From Tubulanus polymorphus (lineage: Eukaryota > Animalia > Nemertea), in assembly GCF_964204645.1 (NCBI RefSeq), contig NC_134026.1, positions 21,734,150-21,798,149 of the forward strand: 64,000 nucleotides of DNA, written 5' to 3'. Below the pieces are notes generated by a model. It was given only the letters and a program-made list of their open reading frames with translations, was not told the DNA's origin and did not search any database. The position numbers and the translations under genes were made by a program. Shown here piece after piece: positions 15,038 through 27,500 of this stretch (position 1 is the stretch's first letter; each line of letters starts with the position of its first letter).

Positions 15038-16301
15038 AAACTAGGGGTCCAGGGACACCATGCCCACTTGGGAAGTGGTTTCAAATGCTCAACAATCTAA
15101 CAATTTCAATATTCAACGCCCCCTGGTGACCATTTACAAAAACCAACGACCTTGAAACTCACCAAAATCATAGAACATGTCAGCAGCTACGATTTTGTAG
15201 ATTGTGATAACAAAATATGCCTCGTTACCAATTTAATATGGAAATACTAAGTCATTCTACTATTCAACGCCCCCTGGTGACCATATTCAAAACCCAATGA
15301 CCTCGAAACTCACCACAATCATAGAACATTTCATGAACTTCAACTTTGCAATTGATCATGGTAACAAAATATGCCTAGGTACCAATATAATAAGGAAATA
15401 CTAAGTTATTCTACTATTCAACGCCCCCTGGTGACCATATAGAAAAACTAATGTCCTTAAAACTCGCAACAATCATAGATGATGTCATGAGCTACAACTT
15501 TCCAATTGATTGTGGTTACAAAATATGCATAGGTACGAATATAATAAAGAAATGCGAAGATATTGTATTATTCAACGCCCCCTGGTGGCCATATACGAAA
15601 TCCAATTACCTTGAAACTCACCACAATCATAGAACACGTTATGAGCTACAACTTTCTAATTGATTGTGGTAGCAAAATACGGTTAGGTGTCAATATAATG
15701 TGGAAAAACTTTTTCCCACTTATGAATGAGTACTGGTGACACAAAGATGGCCGCCAATTGCGTCATAATTGGCTGATGAAATACCTGTCTCAGGTATAAA
15801 ACATCCCTTTCCAAAGAATACCCATCACAAATTGCAATGAGAAAGGGCAAACCAGTAGGAAGCTACAGGACTCAGAATTCGGGCCAAAATTTACATTTTT
15901 GGGCACTAAAAAGGTCATAAGACGGCCATCTTGAGTCCGACCGACCCAATTTTTGTTATGTTGATGGGCCCTGGGGGATTCACATATATCCGAAAGATCA
16001 AGGTAATTGATCAAAGCGTCTTCAAAATTTCCCTTAAAAAGTTCAAAAATGTGTAAAAAGTGCTGATTTTGGCAACAACAATGGCTGCTAGTCGGCCATC
16101 TTGATTCTGACAGGGCCAGTTTTTGGGCTGAAGATGTGTCTAGGGTAGATACATGTGTAACCCAAATATCAAGACGTTACCTTGAAGCGTCTTCAAAACT
16201 TCCCAAAATAACTGGATTCCGTCTACGGACGGACGGACGGACGACAGACGAAAAGTGAATGCAATAGCCCGCTGGGACTAAAGTCCCAAGTGGGCTAAAA
16301 A
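15038..16301 (-). mobile_element. Non-autonomous Helentron-associated element (HINE/DINE-1/pearl-like) with central tandem array
   Basis: On the minus strand it starts TTTTTAGCCCACTTGGGA. The subterminal IR GCCCACTTGGGA lies at 15062-15073 and its reverse complement at 16284-16295. There is a terminal hairpin TGGGACT-AA-AGTCCCA, an (ACGG)n microsatellite at about 16225-16245, a central array of ~154-bp units, and a 3' short palindrome followed by CTAGTTT. Confidence 0.75.
15110..15700. repeat. About 4 tandem copies of a 151-154 bp unit inside the HINE
   Basis: ATTCAACGCCCCCTGGTG recurs at 15111, 15262, 15416 and 15570. Confidence 0.93.
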
Positions 16302-17810
16302 TTGAGAAAACATAAGGAACTCTACATTCATTGAAACATGGACTAGAGTCAATGATTGAAATTTCTATTCCAGCTTCGGTTTTCATTGCCATTAATACCT
16401 CCATCGAGTGCACAATGCTAGTGAAATATGCGATTATACACTGTGAATTAACTGTACATTCGCTATATTGAACGATGAAAAGGCTTTCAGTGTATATTTG
16501 TTTTTTTGAAGGAGAACCCCTCCATCATTTAACAAGAGTGTGCGATTGAATATAAACGATTCTCAGGCCAGCAACCACACCACTCACTATTTATCGAGCT
16601 TAAGTCAAGAGATCTGCCGACACATCGCTGTCAAATAGCTACGCACGCGCACGACGCCACTTTCGCGACTGGCAGAGTTGATTCGACGTTTCGGCGAATA
16701 AAGCTTTTCAGTATTGAGCGAGTGAATACAAAAATCTGCAATGCATGTATGTTTGTGTGCATGCATGTATCAAATAGACTTAGTACCCATCGACAGCACG
16801 TAGCCATGGGAACTTTACACGGCATGCATGCCAGTTTTTAATTTCCATACAACTCAATAATATGATAATGACAACTGTTTTATTAGTCTTTTATTGTAAG
16901 GCGTTAATACAGTGCAATCCGCACACATTAACAATTGTAATATCAATCCGGCTGACGATTAATTATATTAATTGCATAGTCGACGTTCGACGACAGCACT
17001 TCGTAATAATGAAAGTGTTCACAATCTGAACACAGCGTCAATCAAAAACGAATTGTTTATTCCTACGTTTTTTCTTTTTACTTTTCAAACCTATATTACG
17101 GTTCAACTGGCTTAATCTGAATAACGAGTTTTAATCCAGAGTAAATTGAATCTGCATTTCTAACAAAACAAACTTCATTGGTCCCGAATGACCTGCATTA
17201 AATGCGATCTTACTCTACTTTGTAAATTGAATGAACAGCGCAACGGAATTAATTATATCAGGGCAAGGACGAATAATTTTTCGATGTCAACAACAATAAG
17301 GACAATAAGACACCGAGCACACAGCTGGTTCGCGAATAGGCTAAATTTATCAACACAAATTTCAATAAAGAAAAAAACTACAAGCGATCTATTTTTGTGC
17401 GCTAGGCTAAAAAGATTCAATGCCTTGTTACCCATTACTGCAGAGCTTAAAAGTTAACCTGGCCGGCCGCCTATCTACCCTGTACATTACTTTTCTTTTT
17501 TAAATCATGACAAGCTAACCACAACAGACCCGCCAGCTATCGAAATGAACTGATTTGGGATTTACAAAATAAGCCGGCCAGACCGATCAGGAGAAAGATG
17601 GTATCATTTTCCTAGCATTAATATCAGTGAATATTTCTTTGTACCAGTATATACATGTAAGCATGGCTAACCAGCCATTTACTTCACGATAGGTGGAGGC
17701 TTATTGTTGGCGCTTTCATTTTAAATAAAATTCTAGATTACTAGAGGGCAGCACAGTGCTGCTACAAACCTCAGACTCACCAAGGATGTCACTGGGTGAA
17801 TATTATGCTG

Positions 17811-20800
17811 CTACTTATCGTCGAAGATGTGATTTTTTAAGAATTTCATCATACCGAATGTTCGTAATCGCTTGCGACCTGAAACCACATTCGCGAAAAT
17901 CAGAATGATGCAGATACTAGAGTTGAATCTACTTTCCCTAAAATATATGCCGTTACTAATGAATTCAAGATTTATACCCCCCACTAAAGGCATCGATCCA
18001 ATTATTTTTCAATTACCTTATTTGTGTACAACAATCTGATTAAAGGATTCTTAATGAAGATAACCAATTGAAAAGTTGGAACTTGCTGCTAAAACGATTG
18101 ACCTCTTACCGAATATTTTATGAAGCTGATCATCACATATCATAAACTGTCCATTTTTAGGATCCTACAAAAGAGATGAAGATCAGAATGAAACGTACAC
18201 CGTAATCGGACTGAGTTAATCCTTACCGAGACAAATGACCCGATCGAGGCTAAAAATGTATTTACCTTCAGATTTCGTTCCTTTACTAGATTCCACATGA
18301 ATTTGACAACATCACTTCTGGGCATCTGAAATATATTTGTGGAGTTTTATGCAGACTAGTGCCAAATTATTAACATCAACCAGTGTATAGAATGATGAAT
18401 TTCTAGAAAGAAGTCTGCGTACCGAATTTGCACCGACAACTTCACTTAAAGCTGGTGATAATCTACATGGTTTGGAATATGTGGAAGTACCTGTAAAATT
18501 AAATGTCAAAGCTCTCTTAATTACTGGTAAATTCTATTATCTTTTAAACCACATCGGTATACCGCAGTGGGTTCTAAAAGGGCTAATGAACAGTCTTCTA
18601 TTCACCTTTTCGTTCTTTCTTTTCTTTTTTTCCAGTCACCTGAAGATTTAGATAAACATAGGAAATATTAAGAGCGATTAAGGGAGCTGTGGTCACAGGG
18701 ACTAAACAAGTTGCTCTATCAGACACCTGCCATCAATCAACACCACAGTTAGAAGGATTCCAGGGACACTGTGTGTACGTGGTGAAATGTTTATCAAACG
18801 CTGCGATCACACAAGCATTTTTGACCCGAGCCTAATTATTTTAGTATCAAGTCAGTAGTTTAAGTAATCTACTGCACCCTGTAGAATGGGAACAAATTTT
18901 CGAAATACTTCTTTAACTGGCTGGAACCTGTTCATATTTTCCCCAAAAGAACTTTGTGTGCATCTATCAACAAACATCTATCTAAGATGGCCTCTGATTG
19001 CGTAACAATAACTAGATTCTGTCTTAAGACAAGTGAGCGCAATATGCCCTAAGTGGGTGAAAAATCAGAAAATGAAGCGGAAGCAATTTACAGAGCATTG
19101 CGCTGTACGAGGGATAATCTGTTCCTTATCATTTTCGAATATTTCTTACCTTTTTGGCTTTAGGTTGAGGTTTCCCTTTTCTGGTTCGTCTACCACCATT
19201 TTGTTCTTCCTCCTGAAGTCGTTTGGCCAATGCTTCGTCCCCATCCTAGAGGGTGATAAAATAACAGCTAAATGAACAAGAGGGCATCAAAAACCGAGGA
19301 CTCATCTTTCAGCGAAAGCGAACATATCAGTTTGCATGAATAGCATTAACTGAAAAATCTAAGGTTTTCCAAGTTCTATAAAATCTGTGATCATTCAATC
19401 TCTTGATAAATAAATGTTCTTAACGAGTGGGCTTTTTGCACTACAGAGACAAAAATAATCAAGAAATCTAAGGAGTTTATGGTGGCCCTTCATATGATCA
19501 TTGCACATGATACTCTTTGATTTCACAAAAGCGCATAAACAAGTCATCTGATGGCGACATACGAGAGAACTAAAAACAACCTGACATATCATATCACTAA
19601 AAACAAAAATTCATAAATTTTTGCTATAATGAATTAAATCAAAAAAAAACTTTGAGTTTCCGTTATTTCCATTAAATTTGCCTTAATTATTTTGCTTACA
19701 CTTACTTCGCTTTCAGCCCCAGAATCAATGACTTCTTGAGACTTGGCTTTTTTACTTTTGCCGGGTGAGGGTCGATTGGAAGATTTACTATTTTTGGCGG
19801 CCTAAAAACATAAAGTTGTTTAACTGAAGATAATCGTGCTCACAGATCATTTGCGAAGACAAAATGTCGAGAAATCCTGCGCGCATATAAAAATATTTGA
19901 TGTGAAACCTTAGTTTTCGGTGCAGATTTTGCCTTTTTCGGAGCTGGTTCATCTGCATCTTCATCTTCACTCTATGATTAAAAAAACAAAACAATCATAG
20001 GCCTAATTGAAAATCAAACAGTACATTCAATTTTTGACCAACACAAACTGGAGTGTAACAGAGAATAAAAATAAACTGACACACCTGCTCCTTCAGTATA
20101 AACTTATTTTAGCATTACTGTTTGTATAGGATTTTAACCCTTTCACTAGCAGAGTCCAAATATATTACATCCAATGTTCAAAGAACTATACCTCTTCATC
20201 TGAAGTGGCTTCATCAGACGTCTGGCTTCCGTTTTGTGTTTTTTCATCGATCATATCCATAAGGCACTTATCAATTTCCTTTTTCCTACAAAATGCATAA
20301 AACGTGAGAATACCGGGTAATATCATAACGAGAAAAATATTACTTGAAAATGGACTCGATTTCGGTGCGACGATGTAAACTTTGAAATGAAACTGTCATT
20401 TATCGGAATGACAGTTCTTGAAAGACATCTCGGAAAGATTGATGAGCGTGCACATTCGCCCAGAATATGGGTACATCCGAAAACTACATGTTTCAAAATT
20501 CACAAGCTAGTAAGGCCATCTGACGTACTCTCAGATAGACATTAAAATTGAAATAGACATAAGACAAGAGTTATTGAAATAGATTGATCCATGATGCCAC
20601 CATGTGGGATAGGTAGCTGAGGGGGCTTGTATTTAGTAGGCCTACTGCGACACCTAAACTGAAAATAATGAAATACCGTAGTCATGAAATGAAACATGTA
20701 CCTGTCTGATAAATCAGCATTAAATCTCTCTTCTAACTGCTTTCTGACGGTTTTTGATGACAGCTCATTTAGATCAGCTCCTTGTAAGATGTCTGAAATT

Positions 20801-23083
20801 GATTGCAATAAGGTCAATACAGCCATTCCACTAAGTTTTGATTCGAGGGTTAAAATATTGAAAATCGAACTGATTTCAACTGTTGATTAGTTTCAAACTA
20901 TTAAACAAGAGAACTATAAAACTTCTTCCTTATATGGACGTCAAATAGTTATTTCGTCTTAGTTGATTATTTCATTCTAGTTAAGTTTGGAGAGTGAAAG
21001 ACATGTTTGTATGCATCACAGGGGCCTTGCTCAACATGCCCGTATGGAAACAACATTGTCGTTTCAAATGAAAACAGAAACAGAAGATTAATATTTTTTC
21101 TCTATTTACCCGCTATGTGCAAGGATACTGGTGCACAGTAGTCTAGTACCTACTAGTCTACTGTATACTATAAAATATACTAACAAGAAAACTGAATATG
21201 TGAGGTTTGTAATGAGAGTTAATTTTTCACAATCGGATTAGTGGAACTGGATTTCTAGTGGTTTTAAGTCACAGTGAGTGATTGAAAAGTATTGAGAAAA
21301 TGTTGTTCGTGTCTGTGGTACATCAGACACTAAAAGGTACTTGGTGAAGTTGAAATAGACATCAGTGTTACATACAAGGGAAGGAGTTAGTCTGAATACC
21401 AGTCGTTGTTACCGGTTCCCTACAACGTCTGACGCGAAAGTATCATATAGAGGTTAACTCCTGTTAATAGCAATGCAACAACTGATTTTAGTGTCAAATC
21501 AAACCTTTGTACTAAAATAAATAAATTAGTTACCTTGTTGACTTAGAAAATGTGTTTTATAATAATATTTTTGATGATTTAAATCGCGAACCGGAGAATT
21601 TATTGATTTGATTTGAAATGAATTGATTGCCACAATCGGGATTTCGAATACGGACTAAATTAATAAAATGTGAAAATTCAATATGTCTCTCTAAAATTAC
21701 TCTAAATGTAATTTCTTGTTCATAAAACGCATTAATTTAGGTCAATTTTAACCTTAAGAATTTGAAACAAGAATAATATCTGCATTGGCATCAATGTCAG
21801 TCCAAGTTCAAGTCCGAATCCGTAATTTACACTCCCATCATGCACCCACGAAAAGCCGCCCTATTTGCTATGTTGCTTCACTTCAACTATTTTTTGAGGC
21901 GACTAGTCAAAAGTTTTGAGCTACTACGATCGTCAAAAGCTACTTAGGATTACAAATATATGCACAAGCAATAGTTAACTTCCATCTGATTACAGAACAG
22001 TCAGTTTGAGGTAATTGATGGTGTTTTGAGTGGTGAAATAGACGCTCAAAGCCTCGGACGAAAATTAACCTTATATGAGCACTTTCGTTTGGGGAACAAC
22101 GGTTAGGTACTAGACTAGGGAAGGAATGTGTTTGCCTTTGGATCATGCCCGGTTAAATTACCTTTTTTTATTAGCAGTAGTCGGACCGCATATATAAGTA
22201 AGGCAGTGGATATATTACCGTATCCAGCCGAGTATTTTTTTCCGCTATTTTACCGTTCATCGTCGCTGATTGGCTGATTTACGCCGCGCATGCGCACAGA
22301 GGTGCGCGACTTAGAAAATTCAAGGAAAGTGTGGAGAACAGAGTTATAGAGAAAATAGAGCGGATTGAGCGAGACTCCAACCCGGGCCAGTAAATAACTA
22401 GTGCAGCGTCATACCACACCGAGCTCGCTGAAAACCACCCGAATGCTTTAACTATCTATAGTACCCCACCTTACCCTAATCCTATCCCTAGGGGTAAAAA
22501 GGAACCCTCTGGACCCTCTCGACACTAACCCTATCGAAACCCGAACCCTAAACCCAATATACTGATTTTATTGTTACTTATATTAGTTAATACTATATAT
22601 ATATATATATATAGTAATAATGTACGGTAAAATAGCAGAAGTAAATACTTTGCCGTATACCAAGTATACGGTTAGTTAAATATCCACTCCGTTTAAGTAA
22701 TCTAAATCTTTGTTGGGAAATGAATGAAACAAGTCACCTGACAAGAATGAAAAATTTTTTGAAATCAAAAACAAGACTAAGTAAAAGGGAGGCCCAAGGC
22801 AGCGCACCATCAGAAAAAGAAGGGCCCGGCTCTGGGTAGGGAGCAACATAATAGTTGAGGTGAGTATTTGAACCCGAGTATTTAATTAAAAGGGCACTTG
22901 GCGCAGTGCCATCCATCATTAATTACAAAGCTACCGATTATCATGGCTTCGATATAGTTTTACGCAAATATAAACAAGTATTCAAAACACAGTTGAATAT
23001 GGTAGAATACTAATATTTATACCTGCTATGGCCATTTTTATGTCTCCCATCGAGACACTGTGTTCGGAGTGGTCTTCCGCCAT
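17811..23083 (-). CDS. Spliced DEK_C + SWIB/MDM2-domain protein (UAF30/Spp27/TRI1-like)
   Basis: GT-AG exons join in frame. Exon 23023-23083 gives MAEDHSEHSVSMGDIKMAIA, exon 20702-20792 gives DILQGADLNELSSKTVRKQLEERFNADLSDR and exon 20192-20285 gives KKEIDKCLMDMIDE (DEK_C). Lys/acidic linker exons lie at about 18.6-20.0 kb. SWIB exons read YSKPCRLSPALSEVVG / MPRSDVVKFMWNLVKERNLK / RKRLRTFGMMKFLKNHIFDDK*. Internal exon limits are approximate. Confidence 0.88.
22206..22689. mobile_element. Degenerate non-autonomous element with imperfect terminal inverted repeats (intron 1 of the SWIB gene)
   Basis: AGTGGATAT...CCGTAT...AGTATTT...GCTATTTTACCGT at the left end is mirrored at 22620-22689. Internally there is a tRNA-like A/B-box remnant and TAACCC-like repeats. 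Confidence 0.45.
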
Positions 23084-23242
23084 TTCGATTATGATGTAAT
23101 CACGGGGTTCGAATCCCACAAATAATAAATGTCACACGTTATTGGACCGACTTTTTCCGCCGAACAGAAGCGCTAATAATAGCTATTTTCGCCACTTTAT
23201 CCGAAAAGATGTTATTTTTCTCTAATCATTCTTTAATCGTCA

Positions 23243-23460
23243 GGAAAATTCGCTATTTTTTATTATATTGTTATATTATTATTTGATAGAATAGTTTTCA
23301 AATGTTCGCGCCAACCTTATTAAATTAGGCCGAAAGATCAACGTCTAAATTCGTACGGTATCTTGATACAATATTTTAGACGTTGATCTTTCGGCCTAAT
23401 TTAATAAGGTTGGCGCGAACATTTGAAAACTATTCTATCAAATAAACATAGCAAATTTCC
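23243..23460. repeat. Long inverted repeat / hairpin (MITE-like)
   Basis: Perfect arms of about 71 bp (about 23279-23349 and 23375-23445) flank a spacer of about 25 nt. Imperfect pairing extends to 23243 and 23460. Confidence 0.92.
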
Positions 23461-24596
23461 GAAGCCCATCATTTGAAACAAAACTTAAACCTGGACAGAA
23501 GGCTGGGCGAATGGTCCCTTTTACTGCCTCCAAGGAAAAAAAGGCACATCTCCTAAAAAAAGAAACTTCAATACCAAAATCATTTTCCAAAATCACTTTT
23601 TTTGGGTGGGTGCTTGTGTGGGTGGATGTTTGGGTGGGTGTGGTTGAATGGGTGGGTGGTTGGGTGGATGGATGGATGGATGGATAGATAGAAAATTATA
23701 GATAAAAATTCTGCGCTTGCCACCTATTTCGATGGGTAAACTGATTAATTATGATAAATGTGCGCTATTTATACGGTATTTTGATTGGTTTTATCACTCA
23801 TTAGGAAAATGGACTACGATATTTAGTCTTATCTTGCGAATTTCCACCTATAGTCTTTGTTGCTCGAATAAACGTGGCAATCAGCTGAAAATAACGAATC
23901 AAGAATAGATTTCTTTTTATTACGTTCTCAGGGTAGATGATTTGATGTTCGAGAAACGCAAGAAACCCCCAATTACCGCCACGCGACCAACTGTCATTTA
24001 GATGCGGTGATAAATCACTGAAATTAGTCTGTTTTGAGCTTCGGAAAACATTCAACAACAGAATTCAGCTCCACGTATGTTCGACGGTGAGCCTAGAGTT
24101 AAAATTATACCATTTCGATTAATCAAAATTACTCTAACTCAAATTTTTCCTCTCAATTCACCTCTCATTCAGTGTTATCAACGTTAGTTTTATGTCGATT
24201 TTTACAAGAAGCATAAATGTAAGAGGTCAGTTATTGTTCGTGATTGATGTTTCATGATCGCATGAATTACATAAAAATTATTAAGATACGAACGACGAAA
24301 TATCGAGAGAAATATTCGTTCTGGCAAATTTAATGTAAGCTTATATGAAAGAAACACACCCAGGAAATGGAATACTAGCGTAAGTGATCTGATATAGAAT
24401 TGATTCGTACAGCATCTGAATTAGATTAAGTATTTGGAAATGTTTTGATTGCTTAGAGCGCAACTATGACGCGCGAACCGACTGTTATTTACATCACCAA
24501 CCGCTTTATCTAACGCACATCATTTGAGAAAAAGCGATGACAACGCATTCGTCGATTTGATTTTTCTACTTCACGGACGTATTTTCTACCGGCTTA

Positions 24597-27500
24597 ATGA
24601 AAATGATGATGATGAGTTTCGTAGCCTTACAAATATCATTATACACAATAATCGCTTTGAATTCGAAAAGAACTGATGCCGCTTTTGAGATTCCCAATTT
24701 GGACGATAAACACTTTGAAGTTGACGGAGATTTAGTTTTGGGCGTTTTATCGTGGATCCATTACAGCGACGAGAGAAACGGATGCTCCGAGAAAGCGTTT
24801 TTACCAACGGGAATCGCGTGGACTGAAATGTTTAAATTTGTCGTAAATGAAATAAACAATAATGCCACGATTTTACCAAATATAACGCTGGGATTGGACA
24901 TCTACGATGAATGTATGAGTACCCGAATCGCTGCCGGTCGAGCAATGCAACTACTGCACCGAGCTGGAACATTTCAGGATACCGCTTCAAATTTTATGTC
25001 ACGAAAGCACCTCGTCGGGGTTATTGGGGGTGTTTTTTCGTCAACGGCTGTCGCCATATCCAGGATCTTCACTCCGTTTGAACTACCGCAGTTAAGTATG
25101 TCGGCGACTTCGGCCGAACTCGATTCTCGATTTTATTTCCCGTATTTTCTACGCTTACCGCCGTCAGATGCCGCACAGACGATCGTCATCGTAGATCTCA
25201 TTCGATATTTTGGTTGGAAATATTTTGCAATTCTCTATCGCGACGACAGTTACGGAATCAACGCCATGCAGATGATCGTGCATCTTACGCGAAAATTACC
25301 GGCCGTTTGTGTCGCTTATAGTAAAGCAATAAGCGACGACAACATCGCAGAAGACACGAGGACGATTGTAAAACAATTAATCAAAGACGGAAGAGTCCGA
25401 GTCGTCGTTACATTTCTATATTCGACGGCCGCATCTGGTTTATTAAGAGCTGTTAATGACATAACAAAGACGAACTATTTCACTTTTATATTTAGCGATT
25501 CAATCGAACCGGCAGCGTTGGATGCCTTTGGAAATTCGCTCGGCGCATTACGTATAGGCGTAGAGTTTCAGTTTAAAGCCGAAGATTATTTCTTTGACAT
25601 CTACGAGAAATACACATACAAAAATCTGTCGACGAATAATCCTTGGAAACACCTGTATATGGAGCGAATTTTTAACTGCACGTGGGTACCATCAAAATTA
25701 TCAATGTGTCAGCAATTCGTGGACACACCGTTTATCAAAAGTCTAATGGGACGGTCGGTGTTCTTTACTTACAGTAGGGCACATGATACAGTTTTGACTT
25801 ACGCAATGGCCTTACATAAACTGATTGAAACGAAATGTCCAGATCTTTTTTCACATTTCAATAAAACGCTAGCAAAAATGTGCGTCACGACTAAACATTT
25901 GTTACCGTACCTATACAATGTTTCATTCGACGGCAAAACAGGTCACATTTTCTTTAATGATATAGGTAACGGAATGAAGCCTTATAACATAGACCAATGG
26001 CAGTTTACTGAAGGAAAATTTAAACTGGTTGAAATCGGAAATTATGACCTATCCACCAAAATGGTATCAATCAACAAACGCTTGGTAATGTGGTATAATT
26101 ACACGCGAAAAGGAACTGGTGGAAAGTTTTTGGTGATTCCCTCGAAAACACCGAAGTCGACGTGCAGCGACCCGTGCAAGCCAATCGAATACGTTCAAAC
26201 ATTGGAGTCAAAATGCTGCTGGGAATGCAATAGATGCCGGAACAACGAATACATCGACATGCACATCACGAAAGGAAACCCGTGCATAGCATGTCCGCTG
26301 TACATGTGGCCCAACCCTGATGACTCCAGGAGCTGCAGAAAACTATCTCCGCAATATCTAAACGTGGAGCACCCGATTGGAATCGGTTTGTGCTTCGCGG
26401 CTGTTGTTGGTATGATAATAACTTGTCTGGTGACAGGTATCTTGGTCAAATACCGCCGAAACCGACTGGTGAAAGCGTGCAGCCTGGCACTTAGTGTATG
26501 CACTTTAATGGGAATTCTCTCTAGTTTTCTGGTGGTGTGTTTACTGATGATAAGACCGGAACGATTTGTATGTTGGCTGCATCGGTTCGGTTTTGCCATC
26601 TCGTACACGGTCGTTTATACCCCTCTTCTGGTAAAGAGTACGCGCATGTATCGCATCTTTTGGGCTGGTAAACGCGGTATCTCGAAACTGAAATATATCA
26701 GCAACTTGTCACAAATGATCGTCACATCTATTGTATTAATACTGCAAGTAAGTAATCTCCACAATGCGCATTCTAGTTCAAATAGAATTAGCTAAGTTTT
26801 ATATAGAATGATTTCTAAAGCGAGACACTTTTGAATTACCAGGAAAAGGTTTAGATATCTTAAGCAATAATTGTGATTTGCGTGTAATTCAATAGGACTT
26901 CGAGGTATGAGTAATTGGAAAAGTAGGCTTTCAGATCAGAGGTCGAGAGGTCGAGACACCACTCATCACCACAAGTAATTTTTTTTCCTAATAAATGGGG
27001 GAGAATGAACACCAACCAGAAAACAATAATGTTAATGAAAATCAATATTATTGCCAATATTGTAAAAAATACATCGATAAATCCCAAAAATCACGACATG
27101 AAAAAACTGCAAATCATATAAAAAATGTAATAGATTTTGAAACACTAGATAATACAAATGAAAGAAAAGAACGATTAGATGATATGAATGTGGATGAAAT
27201 AAAATGTGAAGTTTGTGATGAATTTATAACAAAAAGGAATTATAATAGACATCTCGAAACAGCAAAACACCATCAAAATTTGAGTAATTATGTTTTAGGA
27301 AAAGATTATTTTGATGATAAACCTCAAAAAGTAAAAAAAAACAACTTCAAAAACTAAATCCATTTCAAATAAACCTTACATGGAAAATGTTAGAAATTAT
27401 ATTGATTCACTAGAAATAAAAGATACAATTGAAATTTTAGAAACATTACATAGTAAAATTGGTCCTGCAGCTATTATATTTAGATTTTTCAAAGGTACAA

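Noticed and set aside
22368-22428. tRNA-like sequence on the minus strand (A-box and B-box remnants)
   Set aside because: The B-box is degenerate and there is no clean cloverleaf. It is more likely a SINE or transposon-internal remnant than a tRNA gene.
26748-26795. ORF-track C-termini of the 732/745/733-aa GPCR ORFs
   Set aside because: These are read-through into the intron past the CAA|GTAAGT donor. The true C-terminus (TM5-7) is in exon 2.
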